DNA of 24,890 nt from a virus (taxonomy: Duplodnaviria > Caudoviricetes): IMG/VR virus record IMGVR_UViG_3300027419_000448, positions 1-24,890 of that record; one strand, 5' to 3'. How positions within the stretch are numbered: position 1 is the stretch's first letter; each line of letters opens with the position of its first letter. The notes below the pieces were generated by a model that saw only the letters and a list, made by a program, of their open reading frames with translations, was not told the origin of the DNA and searched no databases. The translations under genes and the position numbers were made by a program. This document shows, piece after piece, positions 8,990 to 19,049 of the stretch.

Positions 8990-9803
8990 TATGTACTTTA
9001 TCAAAAGAAAAATTTATCGCTTGTTCTTTAAAATTATTAAAAGTAATCCATCTAAAATGGCAATGGTTCAGTATTGGAAGACCAAAGATTCATGTCAGGC
9101 TAAGGTTATGAAGAATAAAGACGGCGCTTTGGTTATGAAATTAGAGGGTGAGAAAGAAATATTTCCAGGCTACCCTAGAGGACACTTATTATTCGGAACT
9201 TTGTCTAAGATTAAGCATGAAATTAAGAATCAGTTGTTTAATGAAAGTTGGCATTTGCTTGACCAAGGAATACCTGACCAGTCAGTTATAGACCAATTTA
9301 AGCTAAAGTTAGCCAATATTTATGAATTAGTAGATAAGGCAAGGTATGACATGGTACCCCCTACCTGTATGGTGTTACCTGTTAGAGAGATATGGCGTGC
9401 TATGACTACCTTAGAAAAGGAAAGCCCACACGTTGAACCTCTTAAAAAAGCCTTAACTTATATCCTACAGGAAGATGACGCTTATAGATTTAGGCTTCAA
9501 TGGATAGTACAGATATTTAACCCCTCAGCTTGGTGGTTTAAGTTATTTTTCAGAGACCCAATTAAGGATTGGGATATTGCCTTACAAGAGTTAGAGGTGG
9601 CCGAAGTGATTGATGATATGAAAGAACGTATTAGGCTACTAAGGCGGATTACTTTATTAGTATTAAGCGATAAAAGAATTAAGGAATTGTTTTTAAAACT
9701 CTGTAAAGAGATTGATTGGAATAAAATAAAATTAAGCAGAGCGGACAAATACCATTTTCGGGGTAAGTATTTTAAAGTGGATCTTGATAAATTTGAATAT
9801 TGA
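8982..9803 (+). CDS. Hypothetical protein (273 aa)
   Basis: Long ORF with motif-like FPGYPRGHLL and ILQEDDAYRFRLQW; function unknown. Confidence 0.8.
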   Translation: MSYMYFIKRKIYRLFFKIIKSNPSKMAMVQYWKTKDSCQAKVMKNKDGALVMKLEGEKEIFPGYPRGHLLFGTLSKIKHEIKNQLFNESWHLLDQGIPDQSVIDQFKLKLANIYELVDKARYDMVPPTCMVLPVREIWRAMTTLEKESPHVEPLKKALTYILQEDDAYRFRLQWIVQIFNPSAWWFKLFFRDPIKDWDIALQELEVAEVIDDMKERIRLLRRITLLVLSDKRIKELFLKLCKEIDWNKIKLSRADKYHFRGKYFKVDLDKFEY

Positions 9804-9804
9804 T

Positions 9805-11322
9805 ATGACCCAAGAAACTAGAGAAATATTAATTAATGAATTAATCATACAAGATTTTTCAACTGGTGTGTCTGAATCACCTCACCAAGGTTTTTCTGCT
9901 ATGCGTAATATTGATATTTCTTCAGTTAAGGGTGTGGCTAAAATTAACAATGACTTACAGCGAAAAGATGATGGCAATACAGACGCTAATTACTTTGCTG
10001 GATATACTCGTTGGCTAGTTAGAGACCCACAAGGTACAGTTTATGGTATTAATGACGCTGGAGAATTAGAAAAATCAGCTACAGAAGGTTTAACATGGTC
10101 AATAGTTACTGGTTTAGATACTACTTCAGCAAGAGGTAACGGACTAGCTTTTTGGCATGATTACGTTTTTGTAGCTAGGGATAAAGCCTTAGACATATTT
10201 GGCCCATTTAGAGAAGGTGAAGAAGCTTGTATGCATGCGGGTATACAAACACTTACTGAGGACTATTATCACCCAATGTTTATAGGGTCTGATGATGTTT
10301 TGTATATTGGTAATGGTAAAAACTTATCATCTATCACTACCACAGGAACATTTAGCTCTTTAACTGCCTCGTATACTTGGACTGCCATAGCTTTAGATAT
10401 TCCAACAGATGAACATATTACTTGTTTAAACCAATTAGGTGATGATTTATTATTAGGTACTTATAAAGGTAAGACCCCTGACTATGTAAATAAGACTATG
10501 GCTCATATCTATCCTTGGGATAGAGTGGCTGATTCTTATAGTCTACCTATAGAATTTATGGAAGCTGGCGTGTGGGGAATTGCTGTTAAAGATAATTATG
10601 CTTATACCACAGTCGGAAATAGAGGAAATGTTTATAGAACAAATGGATCGAGTGCAAGTTTATTTAAAAAGTTACCGCTTAACTTAACTCTAGCTAATAA
10701 TATAAGATTTATGCCTGGAGCTAATACAGCTTTTAGGGATAAATTACTTATAGGAGTTAGTACAGGCTTAGGCTCTACTCTTGAATGCTATGGCGTTTGG
10801 AGTATTGATTTTAATTCAGGTGTTACCTTAATGGAAAATACTAATTCAAGAGGGACTTATACTGGTACAACTCTTTATATTGGGGCCTTACTCCCAATGG
10901 AAACAAGCTCAGTAGGTTATATTGCTGGTTGGTTAGAATTTCACGTTGATGGCGGAACATCTTGGTTTGGTATAGATACGTCTATGAACAGTCAATTAAC
11001 CAATGATTACAATGCAACTATAATCACTCCTATGTATCAGGTAGGTCTTATTGATGAACCGACAATCTTTAGTTTAGGTGAACTTATCTTAGATAGACCT
11101 TTAGCCTCGGGGCAGGCAGTTAGATTAAGTTATCGCAGAAGTTTAGCTGATTCATTTACACAAGTTAAAGATTTTACATACACAACCTATACCGCTTTAC
11201 AAAATATAAGGTTTGAGCCACTTTTACCTGACTTATATGAAGTTCAATTTAAAATAGACTTAGAGACAGATTCAGGGGTTTCAACTACTCCACACCTTAA
11301 ACAAATTAAGTTAAAGAAATAA
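9805..11322 (+). CDS. Putative tail hub/nozzle protein (beta-propeller, P22 gp10-like role)
   Basis: About 505 aa with repeated short beta-strands; position in a podovirus tail module; ATG 9805 lies 1 nt after the previous TGA. Confidence 0.6.
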   Translation: MTQETREILINELIIQDFSTGVSESPHQGFSAMRNIDISSVKGVAKINNDLQRKDDGNTDANYFAGYTRWLVRDPQGTVYGINDAGELEKSATEGLTWSIVTGLDTTSARGNGLAFWHDYVFVARDKALDIFGPFREGEEACMHAGIQTLTEDYYHPMFIGSDDVLYIGNGKNLSSITTTGTFSSLTASYTWTAIALDIPTDEHITCLNQLGDDLLLGTYKGKTPDYVNKTMAHIYPWDRVADSYSLPIEFMEAGVWGIAVKDNYAYTTVGNRGNVYRTNGSSASLFKKLPLNLTLANNIRFMPGANTAFRDKLLIGVSTGLGSTLECYGVWSIDFNSGVTLMENTNSRGTYTGTTLYIGALLPMETSSVGYIAGWLEFHVDGGTSWFGIDTSMNSQLTNDYNATIITPMYQVGLIDEPTIFSLGELILDRPLASGQAVRLSYRRSLADSFTQVKDFTYTTYTALQNIRFEPLLPDLYEVQFKIDLETDSGVSTTPHLKQIKLKK

Positions 11323-11323
11323 T

Positions 11324-12190
11324 ATGGAAGAGAATGTACAATTTCATAGACATAATGGGGTGGATTCACCTAAGATTGATTATAATGATTTAAAGAATCT
11401 ACCATCTACTAGCACAATAGATAGGTTATATTATTTATTTCCAAATCAAGGTACTTTGTCGGCTCCATTAAGAAATCCCAATAATTATGCTTATGATAAT
11501 GTAAATAATAAACTTTATTTGATTGGTTCTAGTAATAATACTGATACCATGATTTATAGGTATGATATAGTTGCTAACAATCAAGTAAGGCTTAATTCTG
11601 GAAATGACCTCTATCCTTACTGGACTTTGAAAACTAGCTATGATTTTCCTGGGCAAGGAGGGTATTGTGATGGAACTTATTTATATATTTGGGCTAGAAA
11701 AATATCAAATACAACTTGGTACTTATTAAGGATAGCGGTTGCTGACGGAACCACAACAGAAATGACAATATCAGGCACAGCTCCTGACCAAGATGAAGCA
11801 AACACTTTGTTTGGTTATGGTACTACTTTATATATTTTAGATAATTTAACTACCACAGTTAGAACTTACACAATAAGTGGAACAACAGCAACACATGGAG
11901 CTGATATAACCCTACCTGACAATGGAACTTCTTGTATTGTAACTAATGGCACAAATATTTGGTTTGTTACTGATGACGCTGGGAATACTAGGGATTATAA
12001 TTTATATAAGACTACAATGGCTGGGGTAACAGTCTCTAATGAATATTTACTTGAAGCAAGGTTTAGTGGTTTTAATAATAACGCTTCTTTAATTATTTAT
12101 AATGATATAGTTCATTGGATAGGAGCAATTATTAATGATACAAGCGCTGCTACAGTTAGTAAGATTATTAAACCCTTAGTAGCAATTTAA
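11324..12190 (+). CDS. Putative tail spike / receptor-binding protein
   Basis: N-terminal HRHNGVDSPKI anchor-like motif; repeated DGTYLY/GTTLY/NGTNIW blade motifs. Confidence 0.55.
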   Translation: MEENVQFHRHNGVDSPKIDYNDLKNLPSTSTIDRLYYLFPNQGTLSAPLRNPNNYAYDNVNNKLYLIGSSNNTDTMIYRYDIVANNQVRLNSGNDLYPYWTLKTSYDFPGQGGYCDGTYLYIWARKISNTTWYLLRIAVADGTTTEMTISGTAPDQDEANTLFGYGTTLYILDNLTTTVRTYTISGTTATHGADITLPDNGTSCIVTNGTNIWFVTDDAGNTRDYNLYKTTMAGVTVSNEYLLEARFSGFNNNASLIIYNDIVHWIGAIINDTSAATVSKIIKPLVAI

Positions 12191-12201
12191 TTTATAAATA
12201 T

Positions 12202-12915
12202 ATGTTAAATACAGTTGGAGATATAATAACAGAAGTATTAGTCAGAAATACTAGGTCAACTACAGACGGCTTTATTACTGACACTATGCTTCAAGATTGG
12301 ATAAAACAAGCCCACAAGTGGAGTGCAGCCTTTCATAAATGGCCATTCACAGAGGGTCGTGTTTCCACTACCTTTACCACAGGCTCAGGAGAGAATACAG
12401 ATGAGTGGAATTTTGAGGGTTACAAAGCCGATTCATTCAGGATTATTCAAATCGGTGGTAAGAGATTACAGAAACTTAACTTTGAAGACTATCAGATTTT
12501 TAGAGAAGAAACACCTGACGCTGATGATAGGGTATTCTCTGACTTCGGCAGAACAGTATTTATTAACCCTAACATTGACGCTAGTGGTACACTTACAGCA
12601 TGGGGTCAATATGAACCTGTCCTTGAACTAGGAGCTGACTTTGATGGCAAGACTATTTTCTCAGGCTATGATGAAGAGGGGAACGAAGCTATAGTTGAAA
12701 AGATGTCTTGTTATCTAAAGCGCCGTATGCGTTTACTTAATGAAGCGGAAGCTCACGAACAAAGAGCGGCTGTTAAGCTAGAGGAAATTTGGAAGCGTAT
12801 ATTAGATGAACAGTATGCTTACCAAACAACCCCTGAGCGTGGTGGTATGTTCAAGAGAATTGATGTTATTAATGGTGGACTAGAAGATGATTTGTTTAAT
12901 CGTGATCAATTCTAA
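12202..12915 (+). CDS. Putative head-tail adaptor (tail tubular protein A-like)
   Basis: N-terminal helices then KWPF, beta region and C-terminal helix. Confidence 0.6.
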   Translation: MLNTVGDIITEVLVRNTRSTTDGFITDTMLQDWIKQAHKWSAAFHKWPFTEGRVSTTFTTGSGENTDEWNFEGYKADSFRIIQIGGKRLQKLNFEDYQIFREETPDADDRVFSDFGRTVFINPNIDASGTLTAWGQYEPVLELGADFDGKTIFSGYDEEGNEAIVEKMSCYLKRRMRLLNEAEAHEQRAAVKLEEIWKRILDEQYAYQTTPERGGMFKRIDVINGGLEDDLFNRDQF

Positions 12916-12926
12916 TTTATAAATAT

Positions 12927-14411
12927 ATGGCACAAAAATTATTACAAAATCCACAATCAGGCCAAAAGGTTTATGTAGACGATACTAACCCAGACTATCA
13001 GTCTTATTTGGGCGGTGGCTTCGTAGAACAAACTCCTGTAGCTCCTCCAGCTCCAGTAGTACCTCCTCCAGTTGCGACGACAACCCCAGTTACTCCTACA
13101 GTACCTCCTCCTGTAGCTCCTCCAGCTCCTACACCTATAACCCCTGCGCCAGCAAGCCCTGTAACGCCTGAAACACCCCCTATTACCCCTACTCCGCCAG
13201 CTTCTAATATTCCATTCATTCAAGGGTTAAATGACGCTCAGAAACAAAGTATAACGCTTCTGTCTAATAAGCCAGCAAGTCAATGGACTGACGTAGATAA
13301 AAAGAATTGGGCTTTTGCTACTAACAATTCACCTGTACCAGGTGGAACTATTTTAAATCCTGTAGTACCTCCAGCGCCAGTAACTCCTACAGCCTCTCCT
13401 ACTAGTGGTTTAACTGACGCTCAGAAACAACAACTTGATATTGCCTCTCAGCGTGTAGCACAAGGGACTGCAACTGAAACAGACAAACAAAATTTAGCTT
13501 TTGCTAAGACTAAATACGGGTATACTTCACCTTCAACTACTGGCGGTAATTTGCCTGATGGTAAGGCTGACCAAACACAAGTAGAAGACCCTTTTGTCAC
13601 CCAAGTTAAAAGTTTATTAGCTGAGTATGGCATAACTGCGCCTGACCCCGCTAAAAATCCTGTTACTGAATTTGCTAAGGTTTATCAAGATTTATATGAA
13701 CAGTTAGGACTATCTGATATTAAAGCTCAATACGAGAAGGTACTTAAAGAGCAGTCTGATTTACAGAATGAATTAAATGAGAAAATCCAAGAGGTTACTG
13801 ATGACCCTTGGTTAGATGACGCTACCCGCGCTAAAAAGATTAATAAACTTAATAAGAGTTACGAGGGTAAACTTAATACCCTGACTAATCAACAAAAACT
13901 TTTTCAAGGTTTGTATTCTGACGGCAAACAAGAAGCTCAGTTTATTGCTCAGCAAGCTAACACTATGACCTACCAAAATGCTAATATGGCTCAGGACGTT
14001 ATCTTAAAGGCTATTACTGAGGCGGAAAACCTAGCGGAAGCACAAGCTAAATTAGCTAACCCTGAACACTCTACAATTTACAAAGAGTGGATAGATTATA
14101 AATCTACTGGCGGTAAGTTAGGTTTTAATGATTATCAGACTATGGACGCTAATAGAAAGCGCAGTACAACTAATGTAAGTATTACTCCAGAGCAATTTAC
14201 TTCAGTAAAAACTATATTGGAAGCCACTAAGGGTGTGGGCGGCTATGTAAATACTGATACCTATAAACAACAAAGAAATTTAGCTAAAGATAAGACTTCA
14301 TTTGATAAGAATTATAGTTACTTACTTAATCCTAAAGACCCGTCAGCTAGAGATTTCTTTACAGCTACTGAGCTAAAGGGAGACCAATTAAACTTTGACG
14401 ATATTCAATAA
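12927..14411 (+). CDS. Putative internal virion/ejection protein with Pro-rich linker
   Basis: P/T/V-rich N-terminal region, duplicated GL.DAQKQ...AFA unit, long coiled coil. Confidence 0.6.
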   Translation: MAQKLLQNPQSGQKVYVDDTNPDYQSYLGGGFVEQTPVAPPAPVVPPPVATTTPVTPTVPPPVAPPAPTPITPAPASPVTPETPPITPTPPASNIPFIQGLNDAQKQSITLLSNKPASQWTDVDKKNWAFATNNSPVPGGTILNPVVPPAPVTPTASPTSGLTDAQKQQLDIASQRVAQGTATETDKQNLAFAKTKYGYTSPSTTGGNLPDGKADQTQVEDPFVTQVKSLLAEYGITAPDPAKNPVTEFAKVYQDLYEQLGLSDIKAQYEKVLKEQSDLQNELNEKIQEVTDDPWLDDATRAKKINKLNKSYEGKLNTLTNQQKLFQGLYSDGKQEAQFIAQQANTMTYQNANMAQDVILKAITEAENLAEAQAKLANPEHSTIYKEWIDYKSTGGKLGFNDYQTMDANRKRSTTNVSITPEQFTSVKTILEATKGVGGYVNTDTYKQQRNLAKDKTSFDKNYSYLLNPKDPSARDFFTATELKGDQLNFDDIQ

Positions 14412-14425
14412 TGGATAATTAATTT

Positions 14426-17224
14426 ATGGGTTTATTTTCAGACTACATACCATCATTTTTAAATAAAGCTGGTGAATGGGTTGATCGCTGGGGTGCTGAT
14501 GTTGAAGCGGCTAAACCTTTCTTAGGTGCGTCTTTAAAAGACCCTGAAACTTACAATAAGACATTTCAAGCGGTTAGGACTGGTGTAATACCTAAACCGA
14601 TTAAAACTTTTTTTGATAAAATGGGCGAGAAAGATTATCAAATGAAACTTGAAAAGGCTATTGCTGATTCCTTACCAGTTAATAGAAGTCAAGACCCAAT
14701 AGTAAGAATGACAGAACAGACTATATCAGCTCCGACTGTTAAAGGAACACCTAAACCATTATTTAAAACACCAATAGGACAAGAGATAGGAAAAGCCCAA
14801 ATGCGAGATATTGCTTTGGGGGCCATAGGGTCTATTGAAGAAGTTGGCGCTAAGGCTACTAAAGAAGTATTAAAAAAAGCAGTTCCTCAAGTAAGTAAAG
14901 AAAGAGGTTTTTTGGGGAGTGTTAAGAAATATTTTGCGACACAACCCGAAGTACCAACTCCGCCTGAATCTTTACTTAAAATTACAGGTCAGTATATTCC
15001 AAGAGATACTGATACTTTAGCTATTAAAGCTAGAAATTTAGTACAAAGTAACATAGACACAGCAGAGGCTTTGGCTCGTTCTAAAACTGATGATACGGCA
15101 GTAGCTACGGCGGCTGAACTTATTAAACATTATGGCGTGAAAGCTCAACAAGCCACAGACAAGGCTACAGCTAATGCTTTGTATGACAGGGCGGCTGATA
15201 TAGCAAACGTAACAGCTCGTAATTTAACTGAACAAGGTAGGTCAATTCAAGCTGCTTCTATTTTAGGCAGACTTACTCCTGAGGGACAAGTTAAGTTTGC
15301 TGCTAGGGAAATTCAAAAATATAATGAACTTATTGAAACTTCTAAGGGTGGTATATTTGGACTTAAAAAGAAGATACCTGAACTTACTGGTCAACAAGCA
15401 AGTGACATTATTACTGAGATGAAAGCAATAGAAAAAATGCCTGAGGGTATGGATAAGGCGGTTAGGTTTAGCAACTTACAAAAAAAGATTCAAGAAATGA
15501 TACCTTCACCTTTACTTCAAAAGGTAATTTCTGTATGGAAAGCTGGACTTTTAACTGGACTTAAAACAAGTGGGGTAAATATACTCTCTAATACAACACA
15601 CGCTGCCTTAGAAACAGCTAAGGATATACCAGCCGTAGCGGTTGATAGTGTGGCTTCTTTATTTACAAAAAAACGTGCGGTAGCTTTTACAGAGAATACT
15701 AACAAAGGTATTAGAGAAGGTTTACAAAAAGGTTGGCAGTATCTTAAAACTGGATATTCTGAAAGAGAGCTTGGTTCAAAAATAGATTATAACAAAGTTA
15801 ATTTTGGTAAAGGAAAGATTGCTAAAGCCTTACAAACTTATGAAGAAAGCGTTTTTAGATTAATTGGTGCTGAAGACCAACCATTTTATTATGGTGCTAA
15901 AGCAAGATCAATTTATGGTCAAGCGTTGGCTACTGCTAAAAATGCTAAAGTTTCAGGTAAAACTAAACAAGATTTTATTGAGAACTTAGTCAAAAACCCA
16001 ACAGACGAAATGATTAAGTATGCCGTCTTAGACGCTGAAACTGCTGTTTTTCAAAACCAAACAGTTTTAGGAAAAATTGCCAAGTCAATTCAAAATGCTC
16101 CAGGCGGTGAGTTTGTTGTGCCTTTTGGTAGAACACCCTCTGCTGTAGCAACCCAAATTCTTAATTATTCACCTGTAGGAATTGCTAAAACTATTATTCA
16201 AAATATAGGCAAAGGAAAATTTGACCAAAGATTATTTTCACAAGGCATAGGTAGGGGTTTAACTGGAACCGCTATATTAGCTATGGGTGCTGCTTTGTTT
16301 GATAGAGGTTTAATTGTACTTGATAGACCTAAGACAGAAACAGAACAAAAACTTTGGGAGCTAGAGGGTAAAAAAGCTAACTCAATTAAGATTGGAGATA
16401 AGTATAGGTCAGTTCAAATACTTGGCCCAGCTGGAAATCTTTTATTAGTTGGTAGTCATTTTAAAAAGGCTTTTAATGAAAATGGTAGTCCTACAGGTGC
16501 TATGTCTCAGGCTTTAGCTGGTAGTGCTAAGTCGTTTACTGAACAGACATTTTTATCAGGACTTAATCAAGTTAGCGCCGCTATTAATGACCCACAAAGG
16601 TCAGCCGAAGGTTATTTAGGAAATACTTTAGCTTCAAGCATACCTACTATAATTTCAGATGTCGCTAGGGCAACAGACCCACTAGAAAGAAGGTCAGAAA
16701 ATATACCTCAGAAATTTCAAGCTAGAATACCTGGCGCTAGACAATCACTTGAACCGCAAGTAGATGTTTTAGGACAAGAGAAAAAACGAATTGGAAGTTT
16801 CTTAGAAGTAATGGCTGACCCAACTAGACCGCAAACCTCTACAGTTACTCCATTGATTCTTGAATTAAGACGTTTATATAATCAAAAATATAATGTTTCT
16901 CCTACCTTACTTGGCGATAAAGAGGGTTACATAGTATTAACTCCTGAACAGAACACAGAGCTATGGAAAAGGGCTGGTGAAATAACTAAGTCAAAATTAG
17001 AGGCCTTGATAAATTACCCTGATTATTGGAAATTACCTGATGACAAAAAAGCTAAAAAAATTGATGATTTTGTAAGTAAGAGTAAGCTATTTGCTAGGAC
17101 CGAAAAAATTTTAGAGTTGACAGATGGCTTGCAAGGGCAACCCCTACTTGATAAACTAAAAGAACTGAAAGAATCAGGTTTGATGACTAGGGAAGTCTTT
17201 AATGAATATCAAAGGTTAAGATAA
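14426..17224 (+). CDS. Large helical internal virion/DNA-ejection protein
   Basis: 932 aa, Ala/Lys-rich helical, VPFGRTP motif, last gene before lysis genes. Confidence 0.65.
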   Translation: MGLFSDYIPSFLNKAGEWVDRWGADVEAAKPFLGASLKDPETYNKTFQAVRTGVIPKPIKTFFDKMGEKDYQMKLEKAIADSLPVNRSQDPIVRMTEQTISAPTVKGTPKPLFKTPIGQEIGKAQMRDIALGAIGSIEEVGAKATKEVLKKAVPQVSKERGFLGSVKKYFATQPEVPTPPESLLKITGQYIPRDTDTLAIKARNLVQSNIDTAEALARSKTDDTAVATAAELIKHYGVKAQQATDKATANALYDRAADIANVTARNLTEQGRSIQAASILGRLTPEGQVKFAAREIQKYNELIETSKGGIFGLKKKIPELTGQQASDIITEMKAIEKMPEGMDKAVRFSNLQKKIQEMIPSPLLQKVISVWKAGLLTGLKTSGVNILSNTTHAALETAKDIPAVAVDSVASLFTKKRAVAFTENTNKGIREGLQKGWQYLKTGYSERELGSKIDYNKVNFGKGKIAKALQTYEESVFRLIGAEDQPFYYGAKARSIYGQALATAKNAKVSGKTKQDFIENLVKNPTDEMIKYAVLDAETAVFQNQTVLGKIAKSIQNAPGGEFVVPFGRTPSAVATQILNYSPVGIAKTIIQNIGKGKFDQRLFSQGIGRGLTGTAILAMGAALFDRGLIVLDRPKTETEQKLWELEGKKANSIKIGDKYRSVQILGPAGNLLLVGSHFKKAFNENGSPTGAMSQALAGSAKSFTEQTFLSGLNQVSAAINDPQRSAEGYLGNTLASSIPTIISDVARATDPLERRSENIPQKFQARIPGARQSLEPQVDVLGQEKKRIGSFLEVMADPTRPQTSTVTPLILELRRLYNQKYNVSPTLLGDKEGYIVLTPEQNTELWKRAGEITKSKLEALINYPDYWKLPDDKKAKKIDDFVSKSKLFARTEKILELTDGLQGQPLLDKLKELKESGLMTREVFNEYQRLR

Positions 17225-17225
17225 T

Positions 17226-17300
17226 ATGGACGGCTGGCTTTCATTAATTATGTTAGTAATAGTCGCTACCTATGTGTTTGGTAGCAACGAAAGCGTTTAA
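17226..17300 (+). CDS. 24-aa single-TM peptide, not in the ORF track
   Basis: MDGWLSLIMLVIVATYVFGSNESV; TAATATG junctions on both sides. Confidence 0.55.
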   Translation: MDGWLSLIMLVIVATYVFGSNESV

Positions 17301-17301
17301 T

Positions 17302-18114
17302 ATGGAAAAACTTTTATTTCCAATAGACGGATATTATAGACTTACCCAAAGTTTTGGTGAGAAAATTATTGATTATACTGGAATTACACCATCAGGTAAG
17401 CACGACGGAATCGATTATGCTTGTTATAGGGGAACTAAAACAGTAGCGTCAGCTAAGGCTTTGATAGTAGAAACATATAACTTAGCCAAGCCTGATAAAA
17501 AGGGTTATGGCAATATGGTTAGAATGCTAATTAAGACTGACTTAGAAAATACCTATCTTGATTTTGTTATAGGTCATTTACTAGCTGTCTTTGTTAAGCC
17601 TGGTGATTGTGTAGAGAGAGGTCAATTAGTTGCCTTATCAGACAATACAGGAATGTCAACGGGCGATCACGAACATTTGGCTGGCAGATTAGTAACAGAA
17701 ATGTATCAAGGTTCAGGAACATTTAGAACATATTTAGGGAAAAATTACCTGATTGAGAATTACGATAATGGGTATTTTGGATATATTGATATTAGCTCCT
17801 ATTTTAAAGATACCCCACAAGAAATGTTAGCTTCTGACCTTAGATATGGTCGGCCAGTTGCCAGTAGCTCTCTAGTGTGGCTCTGGAAGCAAAAAAACGA
17901 GGCTTATGCGAAGAAGCGCTTAGCAAGCGCTAACATAGGATTAAAGTATGATGAACGTGTGTTTAACGCCTTATATTACGGATATTGGGATATAGGCTTT
18001 TTGTGTGATATTTCTAATTTCCCGATATGGGTGGAAATGACTAAACCCGCTTGGCTAAAAATTAAGGGTCAAGCTGGGGGTGCTAACTTAACTACAATAA
18101 ACGATAGGGGGTGA
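17302..18114 (+). CDS. M23-family zinc peptidase, putative endolysin
   Basis: HDGID (HxxxD) and TGMSTGDHEH (HxH) motifs; adjacent to holin-like gene; ATG 17302 preferred. Confidence 0.85.
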   Translation: MEKLLFPIDGYYRLTQSFGEKIIDYTGITPSGKHDGIDYACYRGTKTVASAKALIVETYNLAKPDKKGYGNMVRMLIKTDLENTYLDFVIGHLLAVFVKPGDCVERGQLVALSDNTGMSTGDHEHLAGRLVTEMYQGSGTFRTYLGKNYLIENYDNGYFGYIDISSYFKDTPQEMLASDLRYGRPVASSSLVWLWKQKNEAYAKKRLASANIGLKYDERVFNALYYGYWDIGFLCDISNFPIWVEMTKPAWLKIKGQAGGANLTTINDRG

Positions 18115-18118
18115 GACT

Positions 18119-18346
18119 ATGGAATATCTATTGGGTATTATAGTGTCTTTAACAGTTGAGGGTTTTAAGCATACTATGAAATGGAGCAAGTATGGCACGT
18201 ATGTTATGCTCTTAGTTTTGTGTGTTGGTTTGGGTTTTCTTTATCAATGGGCCTTAGTACAGGTATGGTGGCAAACAGCTTTACAGGCTTTAGTAGTGGC
18301 GGCTGCTTTTCATAACCTAGTTATTAGACAATTACAAGAAAAATAG
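18119..18346 (+). CDS. Putative holin
   Basis: 75 aa with 2-3 hydrophobic helices directly after the endolysin. Confidence 0.65.
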   Translation: MEYLLGIIVSLTVEGFKHTMKWSKYGTYVMLLVLCVGLGFLYQWALVQVWWQTALQALVVAAAFHNLVIRQLQEK

Positions 18347-18370
18347 GTGGTTTATTCTACCTATTTTTTT
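18343..18370 (+). terminator. Intrinsic terminator after holin
   Basis: ATAGGTGG-TTTATT-CTACCTAT with a 7-T run at 18364-18370. Confidence 0.65.
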
Positions 18371-18501
18371 GGCTACATGTAGGCACTTTAATCGGCTACT
18401 TTAAATAGAGCTTTTAATTAAGACGAATCATTGTGTCTCGTCTCCTTTCATAATAAAATCCCGTAGTTGATTATTGGACATGTGGCTTAAAAAGTAGGTA
18501 G
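18357..18501 (+). ncRNA. Nested long stem-loop RNA element, unassigned
   Basis: 24-nt arms 18357-80/18478-501 (3 G-U, 1 mismatch); inner 11 bp 18389-99/18463-73 (2 G-U); AGACGA/TCGTCT. Confidence 0.55.
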
Positions 18502-18510
18502 GAGTTAAAA

Positions 18511-18675
18511 ATGAAAAGATGTCCTAATTGCTTAGCCGAAGTGTGCCGAGCAAATGGCACATTTCACTTTATAAACAATATATACTTTTACATCTGCTGC
18601 AAATGCGGGTACAGGTACATATTAGACAAAATTGTAAATTCAAAAATAAATGGAGGTAGTTATGACCGAACATAA
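18511..18675 (+). CDS. Small Zn-ribbon protein (54 aa), not in the ORF track
   Basis: MKRCPNC...ICCKCGY...; GGAG SD at 18501-18504. Confidence 0.7.
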   Translation: MKRCPNCLAEVCRANGTFHFINNIYFYICCKCGYRYILDKIVNSKINGGSYDRT

Positions 18676-18916
18676 GTGTCCTATTTGTGGCGAGGAAAAA
18701 TATGATATTAATTACATTTTATTAGATTTTCCTTGCGCTAAAGCGTCAGTTGGTATTGCTTGTTGTGGTTGTAAGTCAAAATCAGCTATACCAGTTGAAA
18801 TATTAGAAGTTCAAGAATACATCAATGAAAGAATTGACAAAATCAGGCTTTCAAAAATCACCAATGTAATAAAGGAAAAATATAATGAAACAGGGACAGA
18901 GAGTAAACCAGTATGA
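18662..18916 (+). CDS. Small Cys-rich (Zn-finger-like) protein
   Basis: CPIC...CCGC; GGAGGT SD supports ATG 18662. Confidence 0.7.
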   Translation: MTEHKCPICGEEKYDINYILLDFPCAKASVGIACCGCKSKSAIPVEILEVQEYINERIDKIRLSKITNVIKEKYNETGTESKPV

Positions 18917-19049
18917 CCTAACCAATGATGGTTGGTCGCAAGTAGATTGCTTTGGCAGTTGCGAAATTTGGGCTAAGGGTTCAGAAAGAATGCTTTGGAA
19001 TCCCCAAACTAAAGTAATTGAAAAACTTTATGACGCACAAGGAATTTAA
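18885..19049 (+). CDS. Small hypothetical protein (54 aa), not in the ORF track
   Basis: MKQGQRVNQYDLTNDGWSQVDCFGSCEIWAKGSERMLWNPQTKVIEKLYDAQGI; AAGGA upstream. Confidence 0.6.
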   Translation: MKQGQRVNQYDLTNDGWSQVDCFGSCEIWAKGSERMLWNPQTKVIEKLYDAQGI

